DNA from: a virus
Taxonomy: Duplodnaviria; Caudoviricetes
Virus record (IMG/VR): IMGVR_UViG_3300031629_000011
Coordinates: 1-42,579 of that record
Reading direction: 5' to 3' (one strand)
DNA length: 42,579 nt
The translations under genes were made by a program, and so were the position numbers. A model generated the notes under the pieces. It had not been told where the DNA came from, did not search any database, and saw nothing but the letters and a program-made list of their open reading frames with translations. Within the stretch, counting starts at the first letter, position 1. Each line of letters opens with the position of its first letter. Below are positions 11,401-18,451 of this stretch, in pieces.

Positions 11401-12538
11401 GGTTACCGAGCCCCGATTCCTTCCGATACGGGTGTTCATTGGCCGACTCGATCCCAAAGAATACTCTGCCCGGAGCTTCGTTGCGCCGGGACGCTTCGCT
11501 CCTGACGAATCTTGAAAGCCCTTGCCCCCAGCGGCTCGGGTCGACTCTTTCGAGCTGGTGTTCGGAATAGTGAATAAGCTCGACCCTTCCGGTCGGGTCG
11601 ATTGCTCCCTCAAACCCTGACGTGCCTGCCCTAATATTTCGTTCAAATCGTTGTCGTCTTTCATGTGCACTCAACCTCCCTTCTTCGCTCACCCACATTG
11701 GCATTAGGCCAATCTTTTGGTCAGCGAATACTGTATCTTCTGTAACGGCGGTACGGTTTGATTCACCGTGCGGACCGAAGTTTAACCAAGAGTTCTGCCC
11801 ACGGGTTTCTGTGGTCAATGCTCGTCTTGCCTGTGGTGAGAACATCGCCGCGTGTGCCTGCCACGCCGCCTCCTCACCTCGCGCACGGAACCCAGCACCT
11901 TGGGCAACATGGCCGAAGTAGTCGTGCACAATCCTGAACACGTCGTTAGCCAACAGCTTGTGGCCGTCGACATCGAACTCAGTCTCCTGAAGAAGTGGGT
12001 TCTGGCTAACGTCGAAGGTGGAGTCGCTGCCGAAACCATCTGCTGTAGGGTATACCCAGAGGTGGTTGTTATACCTAACATCGTCCAACAACTCGTTGGG
12101 TCCGCTGGTATAGGGGTCCTCCCCGGTGATGATCTCAACCTTCAGGCCGGAGTCTATCACGAAACGATACTGTTCGACCACCTCGTCAATTAACGCCTGA
12201 TACGCCTCCTTAACCACAGGGTCCTGAGGGGCATGTTCCATGAGCTCGAACTCATCGGCGATTGCTGCAGCTCGGTCTTCATCCAGATCGGCATAGGTGT
12301 CAGTAGGGGTGTAGTTGATGCCGGCGCTCTTGGCATACTCTTCAGCCACATTGGTCGCGGGCTGGTATACCCCGGGCGACCCGGCGGGAGCGTTCCTCAA
12401 ATTCAGAGCACTGCTGTCGAGGTGGGCATCGATGGCGTCCATATCTGCCATGCCACTCTTTACATTGGCGCGGATAGCGTCGGCATCCTTCTGACTCAAT
12501 GCCTTACCCATCGCTTTAATACAACTGTCTAACGACAT
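5486..12538 (-). CDS. giant polyvalent internal-virion (ejection) protein, 2350 aa
   Basis: HDYFGH module, IHYS ART-like module, WY/SPQ/KTNNF/TIDMWM HhH-glycosylase-like module, zincin LHESAH...HEKYAETFE, long helical C-terminus; RBS GGGGA. Confidence 0.8.
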   Translation of the reverse strand: MSLDSCIKAMGKALSQKDADAIRANVKSGMADMDAIDAHLDSSALNLRNAPAGSPGVYQPATNVAEEYAKSAGINYTPTDTYADLDEDRAAAIADEFELMEHAPQDPVVKEAYQALIDEVVEQYRFVIDSGLKVEIITGEDPYTSGPNELLDDVRYNNHLWVYPTADGFGSDSTFDVSQNPLLQETEFDVDGHKLLANDVFRIVHDYFGHVAQGAGFRARGEEAAWQAHAAMFSPQARRALTTETRGQNSWLNFGPHGESNRTAVTEDTVFADQKIGLMPMWVSEEGRLSAHERRQRFERNIRAGTSGFEGAIDPTGRVELIHYSEHQLERVDPSRWGQGLSRFVRSEASRRNEAPGRVFFGIESANEHPYRKESGLGNRRLVAQLPGELIYDYRADPENLRTQHDPAASERAVADAGYMGYWVDDPSIGKVVAVFDEVNVSPEVVTLAQSPIPKGRVAVGDFTGKEYADGTLIVYGDIESIRAKLPEGVRGTPVQTPKGLRFTPNMAHRAAAGLRGDPVTYSRGGKVIRTKKDKNGKYVGASESNNTPSKRTTWRKKFRQLAEEGAPGRFWYENSGSEIYNMTGGNMDEAKKFIALLAIYSPQAKVDANSTFALRAWAQYKAGIPIEVKTGSQDRQATDILYNGAAWGGEKTNNFYANLLRQVDPAHSKGQGATIDMWMMRAGFYDHDAPNTSEYAFMENETNLLAEEMGWEPQQVQAAVWVGMKARMENEEVKRVTEQVSRKNKWIKGGGIGRKILDQSKHAMNWVNQGMKHSLTAKDTQLAKFDFSDGVRRHIGQISSESVPTTHSDILAGIHAATYEQKMELHLAIQEALSDDTGADMLAQQLGILADGSVIAPGVWGGETNPSTQLKVAVAPAGGGIMHTNNEGDVITDRAFKALKESEQVEWFARGPRIPYTSKTDIGPMYPDMEYQRYHATASIDPAQAQVLDVYAAILGLLTRQDGVGYHKAFYKNSVKQSNAVEFDLGRVMTPEEAHALDVILMEELNHEATGIISTPAGVRVVNLDESVDNKKFHKIVTKALEAVTPDGLEFEPVYFASDGKIVMNNWKENKNGEGYQGQVIDAGRSDILRWSASVLYPKTQSVYEEFAERYDWGDVPPIKFTPETPQELAQDNRATIEIRGNERQIRLGKESDLSSFLHESAHMFLELERQLAADFGVTPNQRAMLDWLGVDTFGDITVDLHEKYAETFEVYVETGKAPSLALREAFAAFRRWLTAIYKSMDNRTRADLTPEIIEYFDRMLATDAEIEQAAGNPVFEELFRSKEQAGMTDEDWAKYKKQQQRVTDTATATLDEKLISELTNRAGERWREEKAPLIEQEKERLRKEPVYQVLTNLASEPMDYDAVVELNGGKVPGKMIGKAKKGGIHPDMYAEAHGFASAGQMIKAINEAPTLNKAAEEAAEAIMVDKHGDILNDGSIAQEAREAMHNNEHAKLLLMELKALDKTTKINREYLKAEAKRMISTMKFKEIKPGKFERAATRAAIEAATAKTDEEKFAATSKRLANHYLFKEATKVRDDMQRQRKYVRKAATRTYNPKAVEPSFIANIKAIANMYDMRANTERVQDMNAVINWYTTQLLDENQYVDIALLDLNIIRAVAAKNESTNNQIPADFKLPQFDDLTAEDLASVYDQLRHLRFVGGAQSEEASELKVVKRGILSEAIIENGGKDQKNQRGIPGKHESTARAISHFFNSLSSLRNIARKMDNEWGGNDGAVYEMVFAPIEQASNKLMELKHGMYAVYQDKLSDLHNAGLKRTDKKSYTLESGLTLDMHSEGRFMMALYWGTETSREAIMQGFGVTANDVNKILADMTPTQVSLVNATWQVNETLWPELSKTSTTLYGVAPAQLDPVPFEINGTPMTGGHMRLFYDSSEIELKTEQASNGSQSNVMPNKAGSLHSRVGSGGRPPSLDASNIIVSLDEAMHFIAFAETANDLHGLIDSPDVKGAIERKHGPGMYKSFIDNVDNKTGNRSARETVPGLAKLARLGRRSVTMAYLAFSVKNTVESVSALPLAMDEVGPVRFMANAAKIYSAMLEPGNNFTEDMILSRSSYMRDRGQFVSRESSEFVNQMTSTGQIDHAWKKFQAMGFTPQIMADKMFSYPVWMSAYERAMEDPNMTETKAVSIADSSVAESVGSGSDLHMGGMLASNQTQWVKLFTAFNSWFNMVYQRMYKSTKGGTDFFTKEALTGVMLAPMAAAFLTAMVTGRGPDEDDDEGWVEFTLNEYFLFIGAAAPVIRDLANLIATGMGSSGTMASRPGESLVAAPTALADLFMDDDKSTEKKISNVLKAVGGITPLPASGNITRLLDFVDENGGWPENGWEAYTALTQGKKAAQ

Positions 12539-12632
12539 ACATTCCCCATAAGGCCCCTTTTATCCACTGGTGGGCGAGGCCAGCCATGTCGGGTGAGACG
12601 GAACTCCTCAGAACTTCCCACCGTAGGACTCT

Positions 12633-13034
12633 CTACCCGTGCCGAACGATGGCTATCTCAACCTCGTTCGGCACGGCGTTTAGTAGTTTGCGCAATGTGA
12701 CCTTGCTGTTTGTAACATCCAGTACATCATCACCATCCAAATATTTTAAGCTATCGCCGACTAGAATACATCCTTCAATCTGCCGGGTGTAGTTCCCAGC
12801 GTGTATCTCAATCATGCTCCTTCCAGCGACGTTCTCCAATAATAGGACTTGCCCATGCTTTGGTGAATCATATTCAGTCGCCGTGTAGTTCCCTGCCGGT
12901 ATGCAAGATATGTTCTTTTCGTTTGACACCCAAGGTAGCTCCAAAGTAAGACAGCGAAATTCCCCGTATGACAGGCGGCCTATGGTGCAGTCGTCACACG
13001 TCCAGCTGTCGATAAATAGGACATCTTTCGTCAT
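12633..13034 (-). CDS. DUF5675-like putative peptidoglycan peptidase (endolysin candidate)
   Basis: TIGRL...TLELPW...SCIPAGNY...IEIHAGNY...EGCILVG (His/Cys pattern of L,D-peptidase-like fold); follows a holin-like gene. Confidence 0.75.
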   Translation of the reverse strand: MTKDVLFIDSWTCDDCTIGRLSYGEFRCLTLELPWVSNEKNISCIPAGNYTATEYDSPKHGQVLLLENVAGRSMIEIHAGNYTRQIEGCILVGDSLKYLDGDDVLDVTNSKVTLRKLLNAVPNEVEIAIVRHG

Positions 13035-13546
13035 GACCTACCCATCTGAAGCGTTTTCGTTTTACTGCCCGCACTCGATCCAAACCAGAAGTTCATTATC
13101 TGAGTCATCCCCGTGGCCAATATGCCGAGAAGGAACATGGCTGGTTGCATCATGCCCTCAGGGATGCTGTTCTTCTCCCCGAACATGGCTGCCAGCACGA
13201 GAATAAATCCCCCTACGAAAATAATAGAGAGAGCCCCTTGAGCAATAAGCCCTTTGGCAATGCCTAGCTCTCTGGCGCTACCCCGGTCCGATGAGTCAAT
13301 ACGTTGTATGTCCACATCGAGTCGCTTCATTTCTGACTTGAAGTTGTGGTCAGCCTCTTTCAGCTTCAGCAGCAGGTTGGTGTCACCCGACGCAACCGCT
13401 ATACCGATGTCAGCCTCAGTGGACCCGGAGGGGAGCCCTAACGCCTCGGCGGCCATCTTGGTGGCAATGCCTGCCATCGGCCCACCGAACGCCGTGGCGA
13501 TCACAGGGGCTACCGTAGCGAGCGTCTTCTTCCAATCAAAGCTCAC
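13031..13546 (-). CDS. putative holin (3TM-holin-like)
   Basis: APVIATAFGGP N-terminus, DRGSARE motif, two hydrophobic segments, NFWFGSSAGS end; GTG start overlaps upstream TAG. Confidence 0.7.
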   Translation of the reverse strand: MSFDWKKTLATVAPVIATAFGGPMAGIATKMAAEALGLPSGSTEADIGIAVASGDTNLLLKLKEADHNFKSEMKRLDVDIQRIDSSDRGSARELGIAKGLIAQGALSIIFVGGFILVLAAMFGEKNSIPEGMMQPAMFLLGILATGMTQIMNFWFGSSAGSKTKTLQMGRS

Positions 13547-13746
13547 TAGCCTGCCAACCCCTGTATCTTGGGCATCAGCTCTAAGAGAACCACTATGCCC
13601 ATACCTGCGTACATGACTCGCTCAAGAGCGGTTAGCCGTCCATCGTGACCGTCTATGCGCTTGTGCGCCCTCGTCACCGCCGATTCTAGTGAATGCAGCT
13701 CACCTTCCTTTAGCCCCCGGGCGTAGGCCGCCTTTACATCATCCAT
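13546..13746 (-). CDS. small coiled-coil protein with C-terminal membrane segment (lysis-module associated)
   Basis: RAHKRIDGHDGRLTALER followed by VMYAGMGIVVLL; coupled to neighbours. Confidence 0.6.
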   Translation of the reverse strand: MDDVKAAYARGLKEGELHSLESAVTRAHKRIDGHDGRLTALERVMYAGMGIVVLLELMPKIQGLAG

Positions 13747-13988
13747 GATGCGATCTCAATAGACCCCCATGCCAGCAAGCTGGACACGGTGAGGCAGGTT
13801 AGCGTGCGAGGTAGCGTGACGTAAGTGCCCTCGATAAGACTGAATAATATAAAGAAGACATTAGCACTGCCTGCGCGCAGGGTTGAGCTCTTCAATAAAC
13901 TGATTCCCTCACCCATTACCCTCCACCATGCCTTGATTTCGCCCCAGATATCGGATGTCACCTTAACTACTTGATTTATAGCTGTCAT
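13734..13988 (-). CDS. hypothetical membrane protein
   Basis: RBS TAGGAG; hydrophobic segments VFFILFSLI and LTVSSLLAW. Confidence 0.5.
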   Translation of the reverse strand: MTAINQVVKVTSDIWGEIKAWWRVMGEGISLLKSSTLRAGSANVFFILFSLIEGTYVTLPRTLTCLTVSSLLAWGSIEIASWMM

Positions 13989-14035
13989 ATTTAATACTCC
14001 TATTTGGGCATGCTACCTGATCTTAGCACTCCATT

Positions 14036-14737
14036 CTAGTAGTGTGCTACTAGTGTAGTTGCCAGTGTGGTCGTAATTTCAAAAGACGGGTTAGCCATTT
14101 TAATGGTGGTGCCAGCTTCGTAAGGCTTACCGTTGATTAATATATCTTGATTGAAGGAGATGTAGGCGTCTACGTCAGCCGCAGGCCTGTCTATAATTTC
14201 AACTGTGTTAGCTAGTACATCACGAACCTTTGTAGTCCACCGCTCCCAGTCCTCGGCTATTATTATACAACATAGGAAGTTGGCCCCTTCATCAAACTCT
14301 ACCCTCAGGCCGCCGGTGTTTATATCCCACATAAAAGGATGTTCCGACCAGTAGGTTTTGGTCGGAGTTATGATTTGCCGGGATGTGCAAGTTCTGGCAA
14401 CCATATCAATATCAGAATAAGTGACGTTGCCGTGACCTTCTAGGAATTCGTTTGTGATGCTGGCTTGAGTGGTGAACCAGTCCTCTGTGACGCCCTCATC
14501 CTCTTCCCAAGATCGCTGTATAGTAATCCCCCCCGTGAACAGCCCAACCCACCCAGACTCCACCAAAAAAGGATAGTCAGGGTGGAAACGCTGCCCTCCT
14601 TCTGTGTTTGGCATACCGGTAAAAGTGTCCCGGCTAAAATGCGAACCCGCAGCTAGATCGCCCGAAAGAGATACAAATATGCTAGCTTCAATGCTGTGCG
14701 ATTTTGTATATCTAGCCCCTACTAGTCCCGTGTCCAT
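14036..14737 (-). CDS. hypothetical protein in tail-fibre block, 233 aa
   Basis: Long ORF directly downstream of 14739-15005 with GAGGAG RBS; no motif recognised. Confidence 0.7.
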   Translation of the reverse strand: MDTGLVGARYTKSHSIEASIFVSLSGDLAAGSHFSRDTFTGMPNTEGGQRFHPDYPFLVESGWVGLFTGGITIQRSWEEDEGVTEDWFTTQASITNEFLEGHGNVTYSDIDMVARTCTSRQIITPTKTYWSEHPFMWDINTGGLRVEFDEGANFLCCIIIAEDWERWTTKVRDVLANTVEIIDRPAADVDAYISFNQDILINGKPYEAGTTIKMANPSFEITTTLATTLVAHY

Positions 14738-14738
14738 A

Positions 14739-15005
14739 TTAAATCTCCTCTGGTATAAATATCATATTGGATTCGTAAGCAGAAAGCCTTACCTGCACCG
14801 CTGGGTCTTTGTGGTAGGGCCTATGGCGCTCCACTATGGGGGGGGCAATCACGCTTATTGCTTCTATACTAGGTTGCGCCCCTGAGTAGCTTCCTTCAGG
14901 CATTACCACATCGATCGGGGTCCCATTAAGTAGCCTGACTGTAATGGTTCGCGTTGCCTCTTGCCAGTCTGCTAGATCAACGGTGTACTCAAATTTCCTA
15001 CTCAC
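14739..15005 (-). CDS. hypothetical protein, possible fibre assembly factor
   Basis: GTGA overlap with upstream gene; position after an adhesin-like gene. Confidence 0.6.
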   Translation of the reverse strand: MSRKFEYTVDLADWQEATRTITVRLLNGTPIDVVMPEGSYSGAQPSIEAISVIAPPIVERHRPYHKDPAVQVRLSAYESNMIFIPEEI

Positions 15006-15499
15006 GGGTTTGCACCATTATAAAAGTCACTCAGTGATATAGTACCTGAAGTTGGCACACCGGCGTTGTAATAAGTTGTTGTGCTGGTAGTAGTATACGC
15101 ATAGTAAAGTAAAGCCGACTTCTGTACGCGTGTAAAGGTAGGGGTTTTAGCACCATTCGAAGTAGTTACATCATAGAAAACTGCTCCCCCGGTAGTCCAC
15201 CTACTATTGCCGTTTGTATAGCTTGTTGTGTTACCCACATTAGTCCCGCCTGCCTGCATATACTGATAGTACCCAGAAGACGCGCCACTTATTATTGTAA
15301 TTTGGAACCAACTATTTGAAGTAGAGGCACCAGTCGGTCCGATCCACGCAGAAGAAGATGTGGTGACCGAGTGTTTTACGAGCCCCGTGTTATTGAGCGA
15401 ACGATAGTAGTCGCTTATGATAATGGGTTGCCCACTAAGGCCACCGTATTCCGTTCGCAGTTGGGAAAAACTTATCGTTCCGCTAGGTGGGAGTGCCAC
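15002..15499 (-). CDS. putative distal tail-fibre adhesin/tip protein
   Basis: [20 protein letters not shown]...ISDYYR and terminal [13 protein letters not shown] motifs, typical of small proteins downstream of S74 fibres; Ser/Thr/Tyr-rich centre. Confidence 0.65.
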   Translation of the reverse strand: MALPPSGTISFSQLRTEYGGLSGQPIIISDYYRSLNNTGLVKHSVTTSSSAWIGPTGASTSNSWFQITIISGASSGYYQYMQAGGTNVGNTTSYTNGNSRWTTGGAVFYDVTTSNGAKTPTFTRVQKSALLYYAYTTTSTTTYYNAGVPTSGTISLSDFYNGANP

Positions 15500-16511
15500 G
15501 TTTCAGCTCCTCCACTTCAGCCTTGAGTTCCTTAATGGCCTCGATCAGTAGGCCCACCATGTTGCCGTAGGCGACTGCGTACTTGCCGTTATCCATTTGG
15601 GTAACTACTTCGGGGAGAACTTCCAGAACCTCTTGGGCTATTACCCCGGACTGCCGTGTGTCAGGCATGACCCCTGTATCTGGGTCAGGTAGGTAGTCGG
15701 TACGGTCAAATGTGTAGCCGTTAATCTGGCAAACCTTATCGAGAGCATCGGGTATGCGTTCAATATTAGTCTTAACCCGGATGTCTGAGTATGCGGTTAC
15801 ATCACCGACAGCCGTATAGTTCCCGACCATATCCCAAGTGTGCTTGATGGTGCTTGCACTAAAACCCCCCAATTCCATCTTATTAGCTGTTGATAGGCCG
15901 AAGTTTACTGCGTATGCAGCTGCCCTATGGAATGACATAACCGCTGGGTATGTCGCGTCACCTCGCACAGAAAAACTTCCTGTATCGTTCGATGCGGCAA
16001 CGGTTGTAACTGAATTGGTTCTCCCTACCAGTGCGCCAGTCATCGTACCACCAGCTTTAGGCAGCGCCGCGTTGGCTACGGTATAGGCGGTGTTCCAGTT
16101 TGTAGAACTCCCTCCAGTGGCTGTAACAGTACCTGTGGCTGTAATGGTGGCTGCGTTGAGTGTGCCTGTGAAAGTTGGACTTGCTTTGGGAGCATACTGA
16201 GGATGGTCGTCATCGCCCAAACCGGTCAGTGCGCCGTGATCAGTAGCACCGTCGGCACCCGCTGGGCCTGTTGGGCCTGTTGGGCCTGCAACAGTAGAGT
16301 CGGCACCCGCTGGGCCTGTTGGGCCTGTTGGGCCTGTTGGGCCTGCAACAGTAGAGTCGGCACCTGTTGGGCCTGTTGGGCCTGTTGGGCCTGTTGGGCC
16401 TGCAACAGTAGAGTCGGCACCTGTTGGGCCTGTTGGGCCTGTTGGGCCTGTTGGGCCTGCAACAGTAGAGTCGGCACCTTTCTGGGCTGTTATTACCGGT
16501 GAGTCACTCAT
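15483..16511 (-). CDS. collagen-like tail fibre with peptidase S74 chaperone
   Basis: (GPT)n repeats, [28 protein letters not shown]...[13 protein letters not shown]...LLIEAIKEL. Confidence 0.88.
   Translation of the reverse strand: MSDSPVITAQKGADSTVAGPTGPTGPTGPTGADSTVAGPTGPTGPTGPTGADSTVAGPTGPTGPTGPAGADSTVAGPTGPTGPAGADGATDHGALTGLGDDDHPQYAPKASPTFTGTLNAATITATGTVTATGGSSTNWNTAYTVANAALPKAGGTMTGALVGRTNSVTTVAASNDTGSFSVRGDATYPAVMSFHRAAAYAVNFGLSTANKMELGGFSASTIKHTWDMVGNYTAVGDVTAYSDIRVKTNIERIPDALDKVCQINGYTFDRTDYLPDPDTGVMPDTRQSGVIAQEVLEVLPEVVTQMDNGKYAVAYGNMVGLLIEAIKELKAEVEELKRGTPT
16245..16478. repeat. collagen repeat: 57-bp GADSTVA(GPT)4 units x3 plus a shorter unit
   Basis: Nested 9-bp tgggcctgt repeats interrupted by gcaacagtagagtcggcacc. 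Confidence 0.95.
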
Positions 16512-16543
16512 TCTTCCATTTCCTTTTGCTACTAGTAGCTATA

Positions 16544-17083
16544 TCACATTACCTTAAACACTTGCTTATCGATGATAAACAAGGGTTGCGGTAACTCTGA
16601 GTTAAGCTGGTCAGTATCCGTATACCACTCGCCTTTTGTTGGGAGATTTAGATAGAGCACAAAGGCACCTTCAGCAGCGACTACTGCCCGCATATAAACT
16701 TTGCGTCCTGTGTCTGTTCTAACAAACGGAACACGAAATGACTGGGCGGGTATGGCACATGTCCCTGTCGCTAGGTATTCAACGCCTTCCAAGATGGTGT
16801 AGTTGTTATCCGAGTCAGAATATCCTGACTCAACACCGGGTACGGTGGTGATTACTACGGGAATTGGTGGTGGAGCTACTACGCCATCAACAGACCGTGC
16901 TGCTTGCTCTACGGCTGTTAGGACTCTGGTTGAGACAGTTACGTTATCTGCATTTAAATAAGCTGTTTCTGGCTCCGCTGGCATAGTTGCTGTTAAAGCA
17001 ATCAGATTAGAGGGAATGCCTTTTAATGAGCCTTCGATGCTGCCTGTCATTCTACGTGTTGTTTTGTCAAATAATAATTTCAT
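16544..17083 (-). CDS. hypothetical tail-associated protein, 179 aa
   Basis: RBS AAGGAG; lies between fibre genes. Confidence 0.7.
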   Translation of the reverse strand: MKLLFDKTTRRMTGSIEGSLKGIPSNLIALTATMPAEPETAYLNADNVTVSTRVLTAVEQAARSVDGVVAPPPIPVVITTVPGVESGYSDSDNNYTILEGVEYLATGTCAIPAQSFRVPFVRTDTGRKVYMRAVVAAEGAFVLYLNLPTKGEWYTDTDQLNSELPQPLFIIDKQVFKVM

Positions 17084-17092
17084 TGTGACTCC

Positions 17093-18451
17093 TTAAAGTG
17101 GAATGTAGGCAAGTTCATGTCCATGGTAAAAATTAGTGCCCAATGTTGAATTGAATTTAACCGGAGCGGGGTTTGTCCAAACTTCATTCGGCGTAGTTGG
17201 GTAGGCATGAACTACTGTCCCAAAAGCACTTAGAGTGCCGTCCAACCACACGCCCATTGTATTAGCGCCAGATCCATCATTTCCGGAACTCCATAGAGAC
17301 GTTAAGGTAGTTACACGCACTAGCAGCCCTATGCCTGTGAATTTAACACCCTGCGCGTTGCTGCTGCCGCCTTTCCAACCGAGTGTGTCATCAACCCACT
17401 TAGTGCTTGCAGTGTATAAAGCTGTCATAGCAGTTGAGCTAGCAATAACAAGATTCATAGCAGTTGAGCTAGCAATAACAAGATTCATAGCAATTGAACT
17501 AGCTGCAACAGCTGTCATAGCAATTGAACTAGCTGCAACAGCTGTCATAGCAGTAGAACTAGCTACAACCAAAGTCATAGCGGTAGAGCTAGCTACAATA
17601 GCTGTCATAGCAGTAGAGCTAGCAGCTACAGCTGTCATAGCGGTAGAGCTAGCAGCTACAGCTGTCATAGCAGTTGAGCTAGCAATAACAAGATTCATAG
17701 CAGTTGAGCTAGCAGCTACAGCTGTCATAGCAGTTGAGCTAGCTACAACCAAAGTCATAGCAGTTGAGCTAGCAATAACAAGATTCATAGCAATTGAACT
17801 AGCTGCTACAGCTGTCATAGCAGTAGAGCTAGCAGCTACAGCTGTCATAGCAGTAGAGCTAGCAGCTACAGCTGTCATAGCAGTAGAGCTAGCAGCTACA
17901 GCTGTCATAGCGGTAGAGCTAGCAGCTACAGCTGTCATAGCAATTGAACTAGCTGCTACAGCTGTCATAGCAGTAGAGCTAGCAGCTACAGCTGTCATAG
18001 CAGTAGAGCTAGCAGCTACAGCTGTCATAGCAGTAGAGCTAGCAGCTACAGCTGTCATAGCAGTTGAGCTAGCAATAACAAGATTCATAGCAGTTGAGCT
18101 AGCAATAACAAGATTCATAGCAGTTGAGCTAGCTGCAAGAATAGTCATAGCAGTTGAGCTAGCTGCAACAGCTGTCATAGCAGTAGAACTAGCTACAACA
18201 CTCCCCATCATCCCTGAACTGCTTATAACGATATTCATAACGACAGAACTAGCCGCTATACCCTCCATGAGGGTCTGTGTGTTTACCACCGAATCAGGAA
18301 GAAAACCGGTTTGCGCCCACGCAGCCTGCCCTTGGGGGGTATTACTGAAGGTATCAATCTGCGAACCTGTTACGCCTGCGGTATTCAACAAGTCAAACAG
18401 CTCCTCGACTGAGTCACCCCCTCCCCCAATAAAATCTGTAAAATTACTCAT
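17093..18451 (-). CDS. tail-associated protein with long SSTAMTAVAA decapeptide repeat
   Basis: Start reassigned to MSNFTDFIGGGG (ATGA overlap with upstream stop); 26 repeats then a short beta-rich C-terminal domain. Confidence 0.8.
   Translation of the reverse strand: MSNFTDFIGGGGDSVEELFDLLNTAGVTGSQIDTFSNTPQGQAAWAQTGFLPDSVVNTQTLMEGIAASSVVMNIVISSSGMMGSVVASSTAMTAVAASSTAMTILAASSTAMNLVIASSTAMNLVIASSTAMTAVAASSTAMTAVAASSTAMTAVAASSTAMTAVAASSIAMTAVAASSTAMTAVAASSTAMTAVAASSTAMTAVAASSTAMTAVAASSIAMNLVIASSTAMTLVVASSTAMTAVAASSTAMNLVIASSTAMTAVAASSTAMTAVAASSTAMTAIVASSTAMTLVVASSTAMTAVAASSIAMTAVAASSIAMNLVIASSTAMNLVIASSTAMTALYTASTKWVDDTLGWKGGSSNAQGVKFTGIGLLVRVTTLTSLWSSGNDGSGANTMGVWLDGTLSAFGTVVHAYPTTPNEVWTNPAPVKFNSTLGTNFYHGHELAYIPL
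17421..18257. repeat. 30-bp coding tandem repeat, 26 clear plus 2 degenerate copies
   Basis: catag recurs every 30 bp from 17426 to 18176. Confidence 0.97.

Noticed and set aside
16203-16502. WAC-repeat and QAQ-repeat ORFs
   Set aside because: Alternative frames of the collagen GPT repeat.
17421-18257. CRISPR array
   Set aside because: Contiguous 30-bp units without unique spacers; codon-phased variation inside an ORF.
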